Below, piece by piece: positions 8,272 through 17,444 of a stretch of DNA of 24,845 nt. Source of the stretch: a virus; the IMG/VR virus record IMGVR_UViG_3300048856_000029, positions 1-24,845 of that record; one strand, 5' to 3'. Both the position numbers and the translations under genes were made by a program. The notes below the pieces were generated by a model, which did no database searches, was not told where the DNA came from, and saw nothing but the letters and a program-made list of their open reading frames with translations. Within the stretch, counting starts at the first letter, position 1, and every line of letters begins with the position of its first letter.

Positions 8272-9005
8272 TCGCATCAGTCGCTGAAGCAGCGAAGGCT
8301 CACGCACGCGCTGAATATCCGAAGGAGGCCTGTGGCGTCGTCGTCGCGGGCGTCTACTACCCCTGCAAGAACATTGCCGAGGATCCGACGCAGGATTTCG
8401 TCATCGATCCGGCCGACCTCGCCGGCGCTCTGACGAATGGCAAGCTGGAGATGGTCATCCATTCGCACCCGAACGGGCCGGTCGGTCCCTCGCGCGCCGA
8501 TATGGAGGGTCAGATCAAGTCGGGCGTCGCCTGGGGCCTCATCGTGCTCGACGAGGATCGCATCGGTGATCCCCTCGAGTGGGGCGGCAACACTCCGATC
8601 GCGCCCCTGCTCATGCGTCCGTTCATCCACGGCATCTATGACTGCTATTCGCTAATTCGCGAAACGTATCTGCTCGGCAAGGAAGGCTGCGCGGCACAGG
8701 ACATTGACTGGCCTTTCGACCCGATCGAGCTGCCGATGGGCTGCCGCGACGACGCCTGGTGGGACAAGGGCGAGGATCTCTACATGGAGAACTTCGGCCC
8801 GGCCGGCTTCAAGCAGATCGACTTCACCGAAGCGCAGCCCGGCGACCTGTTCCTCTGCTCGATCCGCTCCAGCAAGCTGAACCACGGCGGCCTGCTGATG
8901 CCGAACAGCCTGGTCATGCACCATCTCCCCAACCGTCCTTCCCGTCGCGAGCCTGCTGGGCTCTGGGCGCGCCAGGCTGACATGTGGCTGCGCTATGCTC
9001 CGTAA
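8268..9005 (+). CDS. gpK: Tail assembly protein, lambda gpK-like (JAB/MPN plus NlpC/P60)
   Basis: YPKEACG and HSHPNG..PS..D (JAB motif); DCYSL...HGG...HH (NlpC/P60 catalytic pattern). Confidence 0.92.
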   Translation: MIASVAEAAKAHARAEYPKEACGVVVAGVYYPCKNIAEDPTQDFVIDPADLAGALTNGKLEMVIHSHPNGPVGPSRADMEGQIKSGVAWGLIVLDEDRIGDPLEWGGNTPIAPLLMRPFIHGIYDCYSLIRETYLLGKEGCAAQDIDWPFDPIELPMGCRDDAWWDKGEDLYMENFGPAGFKQIDFTEAQPGDLFLCSIRSSKLNHGGLLMPNSLVMHHLPNRPSRREPAGLWARQADMWLRYAP

Positions 9006-9609
9006 CGTCTATCTCCACGGCACTCTCGGCGAGAAGTTCGGCGACAAGCACCGGCTCGATGTATCGACGGCCAGCGAAGCCATCCGTGCCCTCTCCATGC
9101 AGCTCAGGGGGCTCGAGGCCGCGATCCGCAATGGCGAGTGGCATGTAGTGCGCGGCAAGACTGTCGAGTCCGGCTTCGATATTGGCGACGAGGAGATGCT
9201 CGTCAGCTTCAATCTCGGCAATGGCGATCTGCACATCGTTCCAGTCATCGCCGGCTCCAAGCGCAGCGGGCTTCTGAAGATCGTTCTCGGCGTCGTTCTG
9301 ATCGGCGCTGCATTCGCCTTTGCTCCGGCCGCAGGTGGCCTTGGTGCCGCGATCGGCGGGGGAGGCGGTTTCCTGGGCGGCTTCACCTACGGCAACCTTG
9401 CCATGGTCGGCGTGGCGCTCGTCGCAGCCGGCGCCTCTCAGCTTTTGTCGCCTGAACAGGACAACGAAGAGAAGAAGGAAAGCTTCCTCTTCAACGGCCC
9501 TGGCAACTCCTACTCGCAGGGCAACGCAGTGCCCCTTGTCTACGGCGAAGTGATCACCGGAGGCCAGATGGCCTCGGGCGGCATGGATATTGAGCAGCTC
9601 GGGAACTGA
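8995..9609 (+). CDS. gpI: Tail assembly protein, lambda gpI-like
   Basis: VYLHGTLGEKFG, HIVPVIAGS, a Gly-rich hydrophobic stretch, and SFLFNGP.N...QG..VPLVYG. Confidence 0.92.
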   Translation: MLRNVYLHGTLGEKFGDKHRLDVSTASEAIRALSMQLRGLEAAIRNGEWHVVRGKTVESGFDIGDEEMLVSFNLGNGDLHIVPVIAGSKRSGLLKIVLGVVLIGAAFAFAPAAGGLGAAIGGGGGFLGGFTYGNLAMVGVALVAAGASQLLSPEQDNEEKKESFLFNGPGNSYSQGNAVPLVYGEVITGGQMASGGMDIEQLGN

Positions 9610-9610
9610 C

Positions 9611-12600
9611 ATGACTTTTCACGACAGAGATCTGATCCGCGGTTCCAAGGGCGGAGGAGGCGGCAAAGGCAAGGGCGGGGGAGGCGGTGACGACTCGGCC
9701 AACACCCTGCGCTCCAAAGCGCGTGCGCGGTTCGTCGAAATCATCTCCGAAGGCCCCTGCGAGGGTCTCGTCGGTGGCGCCAAGGGCATGTTCTACGAAA
9801 ACACGCCTGTCCAGAACGCAGACGGCACCTTCAACTTCCCGAACGTGGTTTGGCAGCAGCGCCTGGGCACGCCCGATCAGGAGCATGTGAACGGTCATTC
9901 GGCCGTCGAGACCATGCACCAGGTCGAGGTCGAGGTGAAGAACGCGACCGGGCCTGTTCTGCGCACGATCAATGAGGAGAACGCCGACGCCGTGCGCGTC
10001 ATCGTGCGTATTCCGGCACTTGCGCAGCAGAACAAGAAGGACGGCTCCATCCAGACGACCTCGGTCTCCTATCAGATCGAGGTGCGTGGCTACGGTGGCA
10101 CCTGGCAGGTTGCCCATGTCGAGCGACTGAACAACCAGAAGACCACGTCTGCCGTGCAGCGTGCGCATCGCGTCGTGCTGCCTGCCGGTGGTCATCCGTG
10201 GGATCTGCGTCTGCGACGCAACACCGCTGACAGCAATGACGAACGCCTTGCCAACGAGACCTGGTGGGAAAGCTACACCACGCTGGTCGAAGGCAAGTTC
10301 ATCTATCCGAACACCGCGCTCGTGGCGCAGGAGGTCAACGCCGAGGATATGGGTCAGACCATCCCGGCTCGAGCCTACCGCTGGCGCGGCCTGAAGACGC
10401 TCGTTCCGTCGAACTACGACCCGATCACCCGCACCTATACCGGCCTCTGGGACGGCACCTTTAAGGTTCGCTGGCACTCCAACCCGGTCTGGGTCTTCTA
10501 CGACCTGCTGATCAATGACCGTTACGGTCTTGGTGAGTTCGTCAACGCGGCCACGATCGACAAGTGGTCGCTCTATGCGATCGCCCAGCACTGCGACGAG
10601 ATGATCCCGTCCGGCTTCAAGAATGCCGACACGGGCGAGGATATCCTCGAGCCGCGTTTCTCGTTCAACGGCGTCATCAACAGCCGAGAGGAAGCCTATA
10701 AGGTTCTCCAGCAGATCACCACGACATGGCGCGGCATGGCCTTCTGGTCTCGCGGTCAGGTCTGGGCGACTGCAGACATGCCGGCTGATCCATTCAAGAT
10801 CGTCACGCCTGCAAACACCATCAAGGGTGAGTTCAGCTACTCCGGCACTGGTTTGAAGGCGCGCCATTCGGTGGCGATCGTCGCCTGGAATAACCCGGAC
10901 GATTTCTACAACACGGCCTACGAGGTCGTCATCAATGACGAGATGCTCCAGCAGTTCGGCTGGCGCGAGAAGAAGGTCGACCTGATCGGCTGCACCTCGC
11001 GCGGCCTGGCGCATCGTTATGGCAAGTGGCTCCTCGATATCGAGCAGCACGAGACCGAAACGGTCGAGTATGTTGCCTCCTGGGACCACGCGGACCTGCG
11101 GCCGGGCCACATCATCGCCATTGCCGATCCGCGCAAGGCACAGTTCCGCATCGGTGGCCGCCTGGCTGCCGCAACGACGACGATGCTGACCTTCGACTTC
11201 CCGTTCGCGGCGAAGGAGGGCGAGGTCTATTCGGTCTATTGCACGCTGCCGTCGGGCGAAGTCGTCAAGCGACCGATCCAGAGCTTCGACCAGGTCGCGA
11301 CCGATATCGACGGCAACGAGGGCTTCCTGGTCGCACATCTTGGCGAGGCCCTGCCGGATACGCCGGTCGTCAACGCGCTGTGGACGATCACCGGCACGGA
11401 CATCGCGCCGCGGCAGTATCGTGTGCTGGCCGTCTCCGAGCAGGAGAAGAACAAGTTCCAGGTCACTGCGCTGTTCCACGACCCGACCAAGTATGCCCGC
11501 GTTGAGCAGAACATCACGCTCGACCCGCCGACCTACACGCGGCCGCCTGTCATCGGCCAGGCGCCGAACAATCTGAAGGTCGTCGAGCGCAACTATCTCC
11601 TGAACGGCCAGAACCGTTCGACCGTGACGCTCTCCTGGTCCGATCCTTCGAGCTACATGACCCGTGAATACGAGGTCGCGATGCTGTCGCCGACCCGCGG
11701 CTACTATGTGCTCGGCACCACGGCCAACACCTTCGCTGACTTCGAGAACCTCGAGCCTGGCGAATACACGTTCTTCGTCACCGGGGTCTCCTATGCGCTG
11801 ACCCGCTCGCCGCGAGCGGAGCTGCTTTATGAAGTCGTTGGTTGGGGTGCGTCTGCAGAACCTCTCGTCGGCGATCTGCACGTCATCGACGGCAATGGCA
11901 ACGAGTTCACCGGTCGCGACATTCGTATCGCCTGGACGAACAAGTTCCCTGGCGCCACCGATCCGACGGCTGACGACGGCGTTCCGGCCGACATCTACAG
12001 CCCGTTCTACGATCACAATACGATCAAGGCCTTCGACGCGGAGAGCGGCGATCTGCTGCGCATCTATACCGCCCGCGCGACCAGCTTCACCTATACGTTC
12101 GAGATGAACCGGGCGGATAACCAGCTTCACGGTCGCACCGCTCAGCGCGATATCCGGTTCGAAGTCACCTGCACCGATGCCTTCGGCCGAGAGTCCGCGC
12201 CTGTCAGCATCGTCGCGTCCAATCCGGTTCCTGTCGCCTTCAATCCGAACTACTATGTTGCAGCCAGCACGATCAACCTGAGCTGGCCGACGCCGATCGA
12301 CGGCGACTTCGCGGGCGTTCTTGTCTGGGTGTCGCAGGACGAGAACTTCGATCCTTACACCACGGCGCCGATCTTCGACGGCCTGGGCGCATCGACCACC
12401 CTTGTCGGTGAGCCGCTGACGCTCTACTACGTCCGGGTGGCTGCCTACGACGCCTTCGGCAAGGCCGATCTTAACATCTCGCCGGCGCTTGAGATCCGCA
12501 CTGACTCCAGCTTCGATATGGACCCGCCCGCGGCTCCGACCGGTCTCGCCATTGTCTCGGCGATGGCTGCCAATGGTCTTGCGAGCGTTGTGGGCACCTG

Positions 12601-13921
12601 GAGTGCCAACACGGAAGAGGACATCTCGCACTACGAGATCCAGGCCAGCGAGAATGACGGCGAATGGCTTGGCTTCCTGACGTCGGAAACAAGCCACGCC
12701 TGGAATGTCCGGCCCGGGATCTCGATGAAGTTCCGTGTCCGCGCTTACGACAAAAGCAACAACCCTTCGGCTTGGTCCGAGGAGGTCACCCATGTCGTTG
12801 CGCGCGATACGGTCGCGCCTGCCGTTCCACAGGGCGTCACTGCACAGGGTCTGTTCCGCTCCAACTGGATCGACTGGGAACCTGTCGCCGACACGGATCT
12901 CGCCTTCTATGAGGTTGAAGCCACGATCAACGGCCTGTCCGAGATCTTCTCGGTCGGCGCCAACCCGAGCATTCATTCCAACCTGAATGTCGGCGACGTC
13001 TATATCTACCGCGTGCGCGCCGTCGATACCTCCGACAACCGCTCCGATTGGTCGAACGTCGTCACTGCGACGGTTGGCGCGATCAATCCTGGCGATCTGC
13101 CGCCTGACGCGCTGATCTCTACCTTCGCCCTTATCGACCAGGCATTTATCGAGAGTGCCCACATCATCGAGCTGGATGCAGCAAGGATCAAGGCAGGCTC
13201 GGTGCTTGCGGGTAATGTGAAGGTTGCGACATCGGCCGGCAATCTCGATCTGTCCAATCCTGCCGCGATCGTCAACGCGGCTACGACACTCATCGAACCG
13301 GGCAAGATCCAGGTGGGCTCCGGATCACTGACCAGCCTGCTCACCGGCCCGGATCTGACCGAGATTAACGGTGGTAAGATCGCTGCCAATACGATCAAGG
13401 CCAACTCGATCGTCATCGGCGCTCGCGGTGTCACCGTGTCCGGCATCCAGTTCGAGCACAACTCGCCTGCTGCCAACCGCTGCGCCTGGTCAGCCGGCTC
13501 GATCAGCTATGTCGACGATGACGGCACGACCAAGAGCGTCGACGTCGCCGCTGGCAGCACGGCTGCCTGGACAGCCGGCACGATGTATATCTACTGGGTG
13601 AAGGCTGCAGCCACGCTTTCGGTCACAACGGTTCCTGAGACCGCGTTTGCCGCCGATCGCATCGTGATTGCGACCTACCGCGGCGAACTCGATCTCAACG
13701 CTAACTATGGCCGCACGGTCATCGACGGCGCCAATATCAAGACGGGATCGATCGACACGGATCAGCTCAAGGCGAACTCGGTGAAGGCGGTCAATATGAG
13801 CGTAGATGCCCTTTCCTCGATCAGCGCCAATATCGGCACTGTGACGGCCGGCAAGATGCAGAGCGAAGACGGCAAGTTCGTCATCGACCTGACCAACAAG
13901 TTCATCTCCATCACGGTTTGA
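9611..13921 (+). CDS. gpJ: Central tail tip / host specificity protein, lambda gpJ-like
   Basis: About 1436 aa from ATG 9611. GSKGGG start, ISEGP.EG, VPSNYDP..RTY.G.WDGTFK..W.SNP.W, several FN3-like repeats (YYVRVAAYD, FRVRAYD, YRVRAVD) and C-terminal GKI.ANTI.A repeats. Confidence 0.95.
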   Translation: MTFHDRDLIRGSKGGGGGKGKGGGGGDDSANTLRSKARARFVEIISEGPCEGLVGGAKGMFYENTPVQNADGTFNFPNVVWQQRLGTPDQEHVNGHSAVETMHQVEVEVKNATGPVLRTINEENADAVRVIVRIPALAQQNKKDGSIQTTSVSYQIEVRGYGGTWQVAHVERLNNQKTTSAVQRAHRVVLPAGGHPWDLRLRRNTADSNDERLANETWWESYTTLVEGKFIYPNTALVAQEVNAEDMGQTIPARAYRWRGLKTLVPSNYDPITRTYTGLWDGTFKVRWHSNPVWVFYDLLINDRYGLGEFVNAATIDKWSLYAIAQHCDEMIPSGFKNADTGEDILEPRFSFNGVINSREEAYKVLQQITTTWRGMAFWSRGQVWATADMPADPFKIVTPANTIKGEFSYSGTGLKARHSVAIVAWNNPDDFYNTAYEVVINDEMLQQFGWREKKVDLIGCTSRGLAHRYGKWLLDIEQHETETVEYVASWDHADLRPGHIIAIADPRKAQFRIGGRLAAATTTMLTFDFPFAAKEGEVYSVYCTLPSGEVVKRPIQSFDQVATDIDGNEGFLVAHLGEALPDTPVVNALWTITGTDIAPRQYRVLAVSEQEKNKFQVTALFHDPTKYARVEQNITLDPPTYTRPPVIGQAPNNLKVVERNYLLNGQNRSTVTLSWSDPSSYMTREYEVAMLSPTRGYYVLGTTANTFADFENLEPGEYTFFVTGVSYALTRSPRAELLYEVVGWGASAEPLVGDLHVIDGNGNEFTGRDIRIAWTNKFPGATDPTADDGVPADIYSPFYDHNTIKAFDAESGDLLRIYTARATSFTYTFEMNRADNQLHGRTAQRDIRFEVTCTDAFGRESAPVSIVASNPVPVAFNPNYYVAASTINLSWPTPIDGDFAGVLVWVSQDENFDPYTTAPIFDGLGASTTLVGEPLTLYYVRVAAYDAFGKADLNISPALEIRTDSSFDMDPPAAPTGLAIVSAMAANGLASVVGTWSANTEEDISHYEIQASENDGEWLGFLTSETSHAWNVRPGISMKFRVRAYDKSNNPSAWSEEVTHVVARDTVAPAVPQGVTAQGLFRSNWIDWEPVADTDLAFYEVEATINGLSEIFSVGANPSIHSNLNVGDVYIYRVRAVDTSDNRSDWSNVVTATVGAINPGDLPPDALISTFALIDQAFIESAHIIELDAARIKAGSVLAGNVKVATSAGNLDLSNPAAIVNAATTLIEPGKIQVGSGSLTSLLTGPDLTEINGGKIAANTIKANSIVIGARGVTVSGIQFEHNSPAANRCAWSAGSISYVDDDGTTKSVDVAAGSTAAWTAGTMYIYWVKAAATLSVTTVPETAFAADRIVIATYRGELDLNANYGRTVIDGANIKTGSIDTDQLKANSVKAVNMSVDALSSISANIGTVTAGKMQSEDGKFVIDLTNKFISITV

Positions 13922-13923
13922 TC

Positions 13924-13952
13924 TTGATCATCAGTCAGTATTGACTTATGTT
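13924..13952 (+). promoter_or_regulatory. Putative promoter TTGATC-N17-TATGTT with motif copy 6 (13931-13948, TCAGTCAGTATTGACTTA) in the spacer
   Basis: Same register as the promoter at 7529; ATG 13959 lies 7 nt after the -10. Confidence 0.7.
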
Positions 13953-13958
13953 GAAGTT

Positions 13959-14675
13959 ATGGCGAAACAACTTTTCTCGGATGGGGTGACGGGGCGAACA
14001 GCAATCTTCGACCCCGCCAACCCCGACGCCTTCGCAAACCCGCGGGCGAACCTGCAGTCGGTCTATTTTCACAGCGACCTCGACTATGTTGGCGTCGCCA
14101 AGGTCATCGATGTGTCGATCACCCACGTCGCGCGTGCTGCGGGCGGTGCGTCGGCGCTGACTGGCTATCCGCAACCCAGTTATCCGCAAGGCGAGGTTTC
14201 GCCGCTGACGCACGGGCTCGGATACAAACCGTTCGCGATCGCCTTCGTCAACGGGCAGATGCTGCCTGCCAACACACAGATCCAGTCGGCCGGCATGAGC
14301 TTCCGCACTGTTGCCCTGCAAATCACCGACACTGCCGTCGCGGTCTACGAGACGGCCTGGGTCTACGGCACGTCGTTGCCGGCTATAACCATCGCCTACA
14401 AGATCGTCCTCTTCACGCCACCTTTGGTTCAGTCCGGCGACAAGACCCTTGAGATCAAGCCGTCGAGCTTCATCGCCTCGCGCGGAAAGCTTAACACCGC
14501 CTACAAGTATGTGCGCCGCGACCCGGTCTCGCCGGACTTCAGCTTGACAAAAGACAAGACGGCCGACTGCTCCAATGGCTCCTTCCGCATCGTGACAGCA
14601 CAGGGCGACGTCATCGAGCGCGCCCCATACAACGGCAGCTTCCAGGGCACTCCGGGAATAGGAGTGGAATTTTGA
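13959..14675 (+). CDS. Putative tail tip-associated virion protein
   Basis: 238 aa from ATG 13959 (the TTG at 13941 lies inside the motif). Beta-rich, with VYFHSDLDY and THGLGYKPF; immediately downstream of J. Confidence 0.6.
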   Translation: MAKQLFSDGVTGRTAIFDPANPDAFANPRANLQSVYFHSDLDYVGVAKVIDVSITHVARAAGGASALTGYPQPSYPQGEVSPLTHGLGYKPFAIAFVNGQMLPANTQIQSAGMSFRTVALQITDTAVAVYETAWVYGTSLPAITIAYKIVLFTPPLVQSGDKTLEIKPSSFIASRGKLNTAYKYVRRDPVSPDFSLTKDKTADCSNGSFRIVTAQGDVIERAPYNGSFQGTPGIGVEF

Positions 14676-15499
14676 GCTTCTTTGCCTCGAACAACCGCAT
14701 CCATATCACCAACGCTGCCGGCGAAACCGTATTCGATACCGATAAGCCGATGCCGCACGTCATCCAGCGGATTCAGAAGTCGATCTCCGTCACCTTCCCG
14801 AATATCCCGAGTAGCTGGCGCAACGTCATGATCCCGATCGGCCCGACGCCGATGTGCCGGCGCCGCGAGTTCCAGTGGGTCTGTCGGCAGGAATGGGTCT
14901 GTCGCACCGAGCAGCAATGCACCCTGAAGATGGTCAACGGTGTTCTGCAGCAGGTCTGCGAACCCGTGCAGCGCTGCGGCTACGAGCAAGTATGCGGCAA
15001 CGAATGGGTCGATATCGACGGCGATGGCTACCAATACCATTCGAAGTATACCTATAGCCCGGTTGAGTGGTCGCAGGTCGTGGAAATCGGCCCGGTGGTC
15101 GATGGTCTCGACGCTGACTTTCTCCTGGTCAACGCAGTAGCGGCTCGAACCGCACAGGGTGCTCTGTTCGACACGGGGCCGGTTCCCTGCGGCCTTCCCC
15201 TGGGCCAGACCTTCGTCGCAAACAACTCCTCGATCATCGAGACCGCAAGCGACGTGGCGAACGGCCAGCCTTGGATGACCCGCATCATGTCGATCTACGT
15301 CGAGAATGGCATCATCAAGGCTCAGTTCAAGCACTCCAATCGCGGCTTCGAAGCGCGGTCGAAGTGGGACGGCGGCTTGTATTGTGAAGGCATGTCTGAC
15401 ACCCCGCCCATCGCTCCGGGCGCGCCAGGCAGCTCTCCCTCTGTCGCCAGCGCCTACAATTTCAACCTCGACATCGTTGTCGGCAAGTTCACTATCTAG
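14672..15499 (+). CDS. Putative tail tip/receptor-binding accessory protein with Cys-rich insert
   Basis: 275 aa, TTG start with SD GGAG and a TTGA overlap; I.NAAGETVFDTD N-terminus resembles post-J proteins; contains a seven-Cys periodic segment. Confidence 0.6.
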   Translation: MSFFASNNRIHITNAAGETVFDTDKPMPHVIQRIQKSISVTFPNIPSSWRNVMIPIGPTPMCRRREFQWVCRQEWVCRTEQQCTLKMVNGVLQQVCEPVQRCGYEQVCGNEWVDIDGDGYQYHSKYTYSPVEWSQVVEIGPVVDGLDADFLLVNAVAARTAQGALFDTGPVPCGLPLGQTFVANNSSIIETASDVANGQPWMTRIMSIYVENGIIKAQFKHSNRGFEARSKWDGGLYCEGMSDTPPIAPGAPGSSPSVASAYNFNLDIVVGKFTI

Positions 15500-15511
15500 G
15501 AGCCCCTGCAA

Positions 15512-15826
15512 ATGCCACTGACCTACGCAACGCCGCTTCTTTACCCGTCCGTTCCGGCAACCCAACAGCCGATCGTCAAGGACGGAAAGATCGTCGCTTG
15601 GATCGTGAAGATCTCCATGACGCTGAACGGCATCGTTCACTCGGCGACCGAATATTACGAGTCCGCGGAGGATGAGATCCTCCCCGAAGAAACCCACGAC
15701 GCCGGCCCGCTGCTGGAAAAGATTTTGCTCAAGATGGACCTCGAGCGCGACCTCAACAACCGGTGCGCCCGAGAGCTTGAGCAGAAGGCCTACAACCTCA
15801 ACAGAGCAACAGGAGTATCGAAATGA
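15512..15826 (+). CDS. Hypothetical protein (104 aa)
   Basis: SD AGGAG at 15498-15502; codon usage matches neighbours; ATGA-coupled to the next gene. Confidence 0.7.
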   Translation: MPLTYATPLLYPSVPATQQPIVKDGKIVAWIVKISMTLNGIVHSATEYYESAEDEILPEETHDAGPLLEKILLKMDLERDLNNRCARELEQKAYNLNRATGVSK

Positions 15827-16071
15827 CGACTATCGTTGAACCGCCGAAATGGCAGCCGCCCGAAGCAGATCCGCTGGAAGGCATGGTCCGCTACAAGGAC
15901 ATCTGGGTCGATGAAAAGCTGACCGACGCCGAGAAGGAGAAGTTCTACCAGGACTTCATCGCTGCCCGGCCGAAGGCTCGCAAGAAGCTTCCGCTGTTTA
16001 TCGGCGTCGCCGCTGCCGTGGCCCTTGGCCTCGTCGGACTCTACGCACACTACCAGTTGGGGCTGTTTTAA
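15823..16071 (+). CDS. Small membrane protein with C-terminal TM helix
   Basis: 82 aa, SD AGGAG; a basic patch RPKARKK followed by hydrophobic LPLFIGVAAAVALGLVGLY. Confidence 0.7.
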   Translation: MTTIVEPPKWQPPEADPLEGMVRYKDIWVDEKLTDAEKEKFYQDFIAARPKARKKLPLFIGVAAAVALGLVGLYAHYQLGLF

Positions 16072-16089
16072 CAGGGGCCCCTAAAACAG
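16063..16089. repeat. Inverted repeat CTGTTTT(AAC)AGGGGCCCCTAAAACAG over the stop codon
   Basis: Near-perfect palindrome with a 3-nt bulge; no clear U-tract follows. Confidence 0.5.
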
Positions 16090-16092
16090 TTG

Positions 16093-16138
16093 TGGACTTG
16101 CCGCTTTGCGTCTGGGATAATAAGTCACTACTGACTGA
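16093..16138 (+). promoter_or_regulatory. Putative lysis-cassette promoter TGGACT-N17-(TGn)GATAAT plus motif copy 7 (16121-16138, TAAGTCACTACTGACTGA)
   Basis: -35 at 16093-16098, extended TG at 16113-16114, -10 at 16116-16121; the motif covers the predicted +1. Confidence 0.6.
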
Positions 16139-16160
16139 TTCCCACACGCAAAGCAGGCAA
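16098..16160 (+). repeat. 63-nt hairpin enclosing motif copy 7
   Basis: TTGCCGCTTTGCGTCTGGGA (16098-16117) pairs with TCCCACACGCAAAGCAGGCAA (16140-16160) with one mismatch and one bulge. Confidence 0.85.
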
Positions 16161-16165
16161 AGACA

Positions 16166-16504
16166 ATGGCTGGCACCGCATCCCCGTTGACACTACACCA
16201 GGCTCGCGTCGCCATTGTAGTCGGCGTTCTGACCATCGCCGGCTTCATCTGGAGCAGCGTCAGCTATCTGAAGGAAGGTGAGAAGAAGGATCTCCAGCAG
16301 GACGGCCGCATCAGCCAGTCCGAGATCAACCTCACCGAGACCAAGGACTCGATCAACAAGCTGACAGTCAAGACCGATGAGCTGACCAAAGCCGTCGTTC
16401 GTCTGACGACGGTCATCGAAACCCGTCCGACGTCCGATCGAGCCGCTCTCGATCGTCAATACTACCCGCTCACCATTGACCGTGCTTCCGCTGAAGTTCG
16501 GTGA
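16166..16504 (+). CDS. Single-TM coiled-coil membrane protein, holin/antiholin candidate
   Basis: N-terminal TM (VAIVVGVLTIAGFIWSSVSYL) followed by a heptad-rich region; directly upstream of the endolysin candidate. Confidence 0.55.
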   Translation: MAGTASPLTLHQARVAIVVGVLTIAGFIWSSVSYLKEGEKKDLQQDGRISQSEINLTETKDSINKLTVKTDELTKAVVRLTTVIETRPTSDRAALDRQYYPLTIDRASAEVR

Positions 16505-16522
16505 TCAGTCAATACTGATTGG
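16505..16522. promoter_or_regulatory. 18-bp palindromic motif copy 8 (TCAGTCAATACTGATTGG)
   Basis: Begins at the first base after the upstream stop codon, just before the endolysin SD AGGAGA. Confidence 0.8.
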
Positions 16523-16537
16523 ACAGGAGATTTCGCA

Positions 16538-17029
16538 ATGAACACTGGTCTCGAATGGCTCGACAAGGCCTACTCCTATATCGGCGAACGAGAAATTAAG
16601 GGTGCCAAGCACAATCCACTCATTCTGCGCATGTGGGATGCGATCAAGTCGTCCTGGTTCAAGGATGATGAAACGCCCTGGTGCGCCGGCTTCGTCGGCC
16701 TCTGCCTCGAAGAGTCCGGTATCAAGTCGACCCGCTCCGCATCCGCGCTCTCCTACGAGAAGTTCGGCGTCAAGCTCGATCGGCCGGCCGTCGGCTGCAT
16801 CGTCACCTTCAAGCGTTCCGGTGGTGGACATGTCGGCTTCGTCGTCGGCAAGGATCGCTACGGCAACCTGATGGTCCTGGGCGGCAACCAGGGCGACATG
16901 GTCTCCATCAAGCCGTTCTCGACCGGTCGCGTCACGTCCTATCGCTGGCCGTCCGTCTATCCGGCAGAGCATCGCTTCGATCTGCCGATCATCAACAGCG
17001 ATGGCAGGGTCTCCACGAATGAAGCCTGA
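16538..17029 (+). CDS. TIGR02594-family Cys/His hydrolase, probable endolysin
   Basis: GEREIKG..HNP.I, DDETPWCAGFV, GGHVGFV and LGGNQ motifs; lies among holin and spanin genes. Confidence 0.85.
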   Translation: MNTGLEWLDKAYSYIGEREIKGAKHNPLILRMWDAIKSSWFKDDETPWCAGFVGLCLEESGIKSTRSASALSYEKFGVKLDRPAVGCIVTFKRSGGGHVGFVVGKDRYGNLMVLGGNQGDMVSIKPFSTGRVTSYRWPSVYPAEHRFDLPIINSDGRVSTNEA

Positions 17030-17444
17030 ACTGCAATCGCTAATTCGCGAAATTGCCGATGAGCTGAAGGTCGAGGCGGGATACCGCTTCGGCCCGTCCG
17101 CGCTCCAGGCACGCCTGGACAATCTCGATCTCGCCGAGAGCGCAATCGTCGGCGAGGACGTGATCGAGGATCTGCTCTACGTCGATCTGCTCGAAGCCAA
17201 TGGCTACGACGAGCTGCCGGACGTCATCCACTACACCATGATCCGCAATGCTTTCGACCTCGGTGTCGTGCGCGCCACCCTGATCCTTCAGGGCGCCATT
17301 GCCAAGATCGAGCCGCGCCATCACCGCAGCGGCAATCTCGAGCTGCTGGATATCGATCTCGCTCACAAGCACGCGGCTGTTCTCGGTCATCACCTGGCCG
17401 AGCGCCGTGCCTTTTTCGCTCTGCGTCAGGGAGGCATCCTTTGA
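17019..17444 (+). CDS. Hypothetical soluble protein within the lysis cassette
   Basis: 141 aa from ATG 17019 (17001 also possible); fills the gap exactly and overlaps both neighbours. Confidence 0.65.
   Translation: MKPELQSLIREIADELKVEAGYRFGPSALQARLDNLDLAESAIVGEDVIEDLLYVDLLEANGYDELPDVIHYTMIRNAFDLGVVRATLILQGAIAKIEPRHHRSGNLELLDIDLAHKHAAVLGHHLAERRAFFALRQGGIL

Noticed and set aside
9554-13162. 1202-aa minus-strand ORF
   Set aside because: Antisense shadow of J, expected from GC-rich codon bias; no recognisable motifs.
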